The notes below the pieces were generated by a model. The model was not told where the DNA came from and ran no database searches. It worked only from the letters and a program-made list of their open reading frames with translations. Of a DNA stretch of 37,769 bases, positions 35,156 to 37,769 are shown one piece after another. Location: the IMG/VR virus record IMGVR_UViG_3300045988_180316; one strand, 5' to 3'. The stretch's first letter is position 1. Every line of letters starts with the position of its first letter. The stretch comes from a virus (lineage: Duplodnaviria > Heunggongvirae > Uroviricota > Caudoviricetes). The translations under genes were made by a program, and so were the position numbers.

Positions 35156-36259
35156 TTACTCCTTGCCCTCATCGTCAGTGTCGCTTGAAGACGTATCCAC
35201 TGGGTCGCCACTGGCAGTGTTGCTTGCAGCCTCTGCGAGCGAAGTCTTCTGGATGAGCGGTGTGGTACCATCGTTGGTGATGACAAGAAGGCGCTCTTTG
35301 TTGATGCTCTCGTACTGGCAGCCGAAGAACTTGGTGGCGATGAAGTCGAGCTTCCAAGGGTGGTACTTCTCCACGCTGATCTTCTCCTCGTCGCTGTTGT
35401 TTGCCTCGTTGACACCCACGAGCATGTTGTTGCGAGTGGTGAGCTGGAAGAATGGCGCATTCTTCTTGTTGACGAGCGGTACCATCTCTACGTTGTCGAA
35501 GCCCTCGATGGTGTTGTGGTTGTAACCTGTATTGTATGGCACATTGCCAAACTTTTTGAGGTAGTTGCGGTTGTAGAGGTTGATGAACGCCTGTGGCACG
35601 TAGAGATAAAGCTTCTCTTCGCCAATCAGCTCTTCGTCAGCCGACTCGCAGATGGCCTGAGCGAAGTCAACGGCGTTGTCGTCGCTGATGGAAGCGTCGC
35701 TGCCCAGAATGTCTGAGACCTTGATGAGGTTGCCGAGTTCGCTAGACAGCTTGGCATTGGTCAACTCTGTCTTGGCGATGGTATCGAAACCATTGAAAAG
35801 GTCTTTTGAACCCTTGCCCTGGTCGTTGCGCACGGCATCGAAGAGGTGGAGGTTGAGGTTTTTGCCCATCTTGAGCGCAAGCAACTGCAGCACCTGAAGG
35901 GTGATAGGCACGTTCTTAAGCGCTTCGCCATTCATGGCGTTGGCACCCCAGATAGTGGAATAAACCGAGTTAGGGGAGAACTTGATGTCAACGTTGCCGA
36001 GGTACACCTGCAGGGTACGAGGTGTAATCTTAACGCCACCATCGCCCACACGGTTCTCGTCGTATGGACCGAGCTCAGCGTTGCCGAGCAACTCGCCCAC
36101 GGTCTCTGAAACTCTGATGCCCGGGCGCAGGGTCATATATTTGAGCGACTGAGCCAAGCCCTTTGTCGGCATCGTAATCAACTGCGAACGGTAAGTTTTC
36201 GCAGTGTTCTGCAGCTGTACATCGACATCTGCAGGCGCAATGAATTTATTATCTGCCAT
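35156..36259 (-). CDS. Putative major capsid protein
   Basis: 367 aa, starting 1 nt after the ClpP-like protease stop, the usual protease then capsid arrangement. No fold evidence available here. Confidence 0.5.
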   Translation of the reverse strand: MADNKFIAPADVDVQLQNTAKTYRSQLITMPTKGLAQSLKYMTLRPGIRVSETVGELLGNAELGPYDENRVGDGGVKITPRTLQVYLGNVDIKFSPNSVYSTIWGANAMNGEALKNVPITLQVLQLLALKMGKNLNLHLFDAVRNDQGKGSKDLFNGFDTIAKTELTNAKLSSELGNLIKVSDILGSDASISDDNAVDFAQAICESADEELIGEEKLYLYVPQAFINLYNRNYLKKFGNVPYNTGYNHNTIEGFDNVEMVPLVNKKNAPFFQLTTRNNMLVGVNEANNSDEEKISVEKYHPWKLDFIATKFFGCQYESINKERLLVITNDGTTPLIQKTSLAEAASNTASGDPVDTSSSDTDDEGKE

Positions 36260-36260
36260 A

Positions 36261-37286
36261 TTATGCGAACTGATTTAAAGCATCCAACACTTGATCTGAG
36301 CAGAAATCCTCGACCTTGGTGTCATCGACAGCAGTGTGCGTGTCGCCACCAGGCTCTCCCTCCAGATCCTTCACTTTATCCTTCAGGTCATCTCTCTCCT
36401 TTTCGAGATTCTTGACCTGAGTCTCTAACTCCTTCTTCTCATCCTTGACCTTCTGAAGCTCTGTGTCTTTGTCGGTCACGGCCTTGGAGTCGGCAGCGAT
36501 CTTATCCTCCAGCTTCTGCATCTGCTCCTGAGAGATGGTGCAGTCTTTGGCTGAATCCTCTGCCTCAATGCCCTCGATGTTGAGGACATTGTTGATGTGA
36601 GTCCATTTTTTAATCATATTAATAATTTTGTTTTGAGATTTATCTTTGCCGAAAATTCGGTCGATGAAGCTTGGCTTTTTATCATACCAGGAGTTGACAA
36701 CCTCAGGGAGCACCGGAAGATTGTTGTACTTGATGAAGTCTTGTGTCTGCTCAGTGATGTCAGCAGGTTTGCCATCCATGGACTCATCGACGAGACCCAG
36801 TTCGATGCACTCATCGACGGTGTGCCACTTTGCCTCGGACATCACCTTGACGATGTCCTCGTGCTTCTTGCCCGAGCGATCGCAGTAAACGTTGGCGATG
36901 ATGTTGTCGATTTTCTGCTGGTTCTCTTGCTGTTTCTGTAGCTGTTCGATGAGCGATCCAATCTGCTCCTCGTTGAGCGCAGACCACACAAACTGCTCGG
37001 TAGAGCACTTGTGTACCAGGAGTAAGCTATATTTGCTCATGCGAATCTTGCTGGCACCCATCGCACAGATGGTGGCAGCAGAGGCAGAGAAGCCAGCCTG
37101 GAAGTCAACGGTCACATCACCATGTGACTTGAACATCTGGCAGATGGCGAGACCTGCGGAGACCTCGCCACCCAAGGAGTCGATGGCAACATCGACGTGC
37201 TTGTCTTTGTTAGCCTTGAGAATGTCGCGGACCATGAGCTTGGTCCACGAGCCAATATATCCTGTGATAGAAATTTGGTACTTCAT
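36261..37286 (-). CDS. ClpP-family prohead protease with C-terminal coiled-coil (scaffold-like) extension
   Basis: N-terminal ~190 aa resemble ClpP/S14 serine proteases (GYIGSWTKLMVRDIL...DSLGGEVSAGLAICQMF...LLLVHKCST). C-terminal ~140 aa are Lys/Glu/Asp-rich coiled coil. Confidence 0.65.
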   Translation of the reverse strand: MKYQISITGYIGSWTKLMVRDILKANKDKHVDVAIDSLGGEVSAGLAICQMFKSHGDVTVDFQAGFSASAATICAMGASKIRMSKYSLLLVHKCSTEQFVWSALNEEQIGSLIEQLQKQQENQQKIDNIIANVYCDRSGKKHEDIVKVMSEAKWHTVDECIELGLVDESMDGKPADITEQTQDFIKYNNLPVLPEVVNSWYDKKPSFIDRIFGKDKSQNKIINMIKKWTHINNVLNIEGIEAEDSAKDCTISQEQMQKLEDKIAADSKAVTDKDTELQKVKDEKKELETQVKNLEKERDDLKDKVKDLEGEPGGDTHTAVDDTKVEDFCSDQVLDALNQFA

Positions 37287-37319
37287 ATATCTTTGCGATT
37301 TTTACGGCGCAAAGATATA
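37286..37319. promoter_or_regulatory. Palindromic promoter region in front of the protease gene
   Basis: Perfect 12-bp inverted repeat tatatctttgcg (37286-37297) / cgcaaagatata (37308-37319) with a 10-nt spacer. Each arm carries a TATCTTTG -7 motif, one per strand; the minus-sense one is 23 nt upstream of the ATG. Confidence 0.4.
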
Positions 37320-37346
37320 TAATAATGTATAAGGATAAAAAAACTT

Positions 37347-37766
37347 TTATTGGATGATTTGGAGTGGTTTTATCACGTCAGACCATGTCACGGTATAAGT
37401 GATGAGCGATGAATCTGTGTGCGAGCTTGGCATATTTTCGGTGCGAGTGAGCACCGGGAAGGGACGCTGGTCTCTGCCCAGAAGATAGGCGCACCCATCG
37501 GCGGTAGTCACCTTGTAGGCGAGCGGGTGAACCTCTGAGTCTATCTGCTCGCTCGACTTGAAGGTGAGCTTTGAAGTGAAAATGCGAACCTTGGACTCAA
37601 TTTTGTCAGTGATTTCACAACTCGACGGCGTTTTGCACTTTATCTGCTGGAAGACTGCGCTTGCAGGAATGATGGAAAGATTTTTGGCTGGGAAGATGAC
37701 AGCCTTGAGGTCATCGGCTCTCACGACCTCAATCTTGATGATGTTTTTGATGTATGACATAAGCAT
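37347..37766 (-). CDS. Hypothetical phage protein (may extend past the window edge)
   Basis: 139 aa ORF whose first in-window ATG is at 37766; the true start may lie beyond the window. Confidence 0.35.
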   Translation of the reverse strand: MLMSYIKNIIKIEVVRADDLKAVIFPAKNLSIIPASAVFQQIKCKTPSSCEITDKIESKVRIFTSKLTFKSSEQIDSEVHPLAYKVTTADGCAYLLGRDQRPFPVLTRTENMPSSHTDSSLITYTVTWSDVIKPLQIIQ

Positions 37767-37769
37767 GAA

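Larger units (their letters stand above)
300..37769. mobile_element. Integrated tailed prophage, left end and most of the body; right end beyond the window
   Basis: Integrase directly downstream of a tRNA, followed by tape-measure, lysis cassette, DGR, tail fibre, terminase, capsid and protease genes. No second copy of the tRNA 3' end (attR) was seen by eye in the window. Confidence 0.8.

Noticed and set aside
1-37769. Second copy of the tRNA 3' end (attR) inside the window
   Set aside because: Not found by visual scanning; the prophage right end is presumably beyond 37769. A computational repeat search is needed to be sure.

Overview
This window looks like the left ~37.5 kb of a tailed prophage integrated beside an initiator-type tRNA-Met (CAT) gene in a Bacteroidota-like host. 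The host call rests on repeated TTTG / TAnnTTTG promoter motifs, including one in front of the tRNA. A tyrosine integrase (416-1579, +) follows the tRNA; almost everything else is on the minus strand. Reading the minus strand from high to low coordinates: ClpP-like prohead protease with a scaffold-like tail, putative major capsid, putative small and large terminase, a ~900 bp non-coding region, a cargo island (ComF-like PRTase, RadC, HicA/HicB, secreted protein), a three-gene small-protein operon behind a highly structured leader, a long tail/fibre operon, a lysis cassette, the tape-measure protein and one last tail gene. The most interesting feature is a complete diversity-generating retroelement (DGR) at 10927-14542: a target gene with a C-terminal variable repeat, a template repeat ~410 bp downstream, and a reverse transcriptase whose catalytic motif reads F-M-D-N rather than Y-x-D-D. 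All calls are from reading the sequence and the ORF translations by eye; no database search or folding was run, so many structural-gene functions are positional guesses. The prophage right end (attR) is not in the window.
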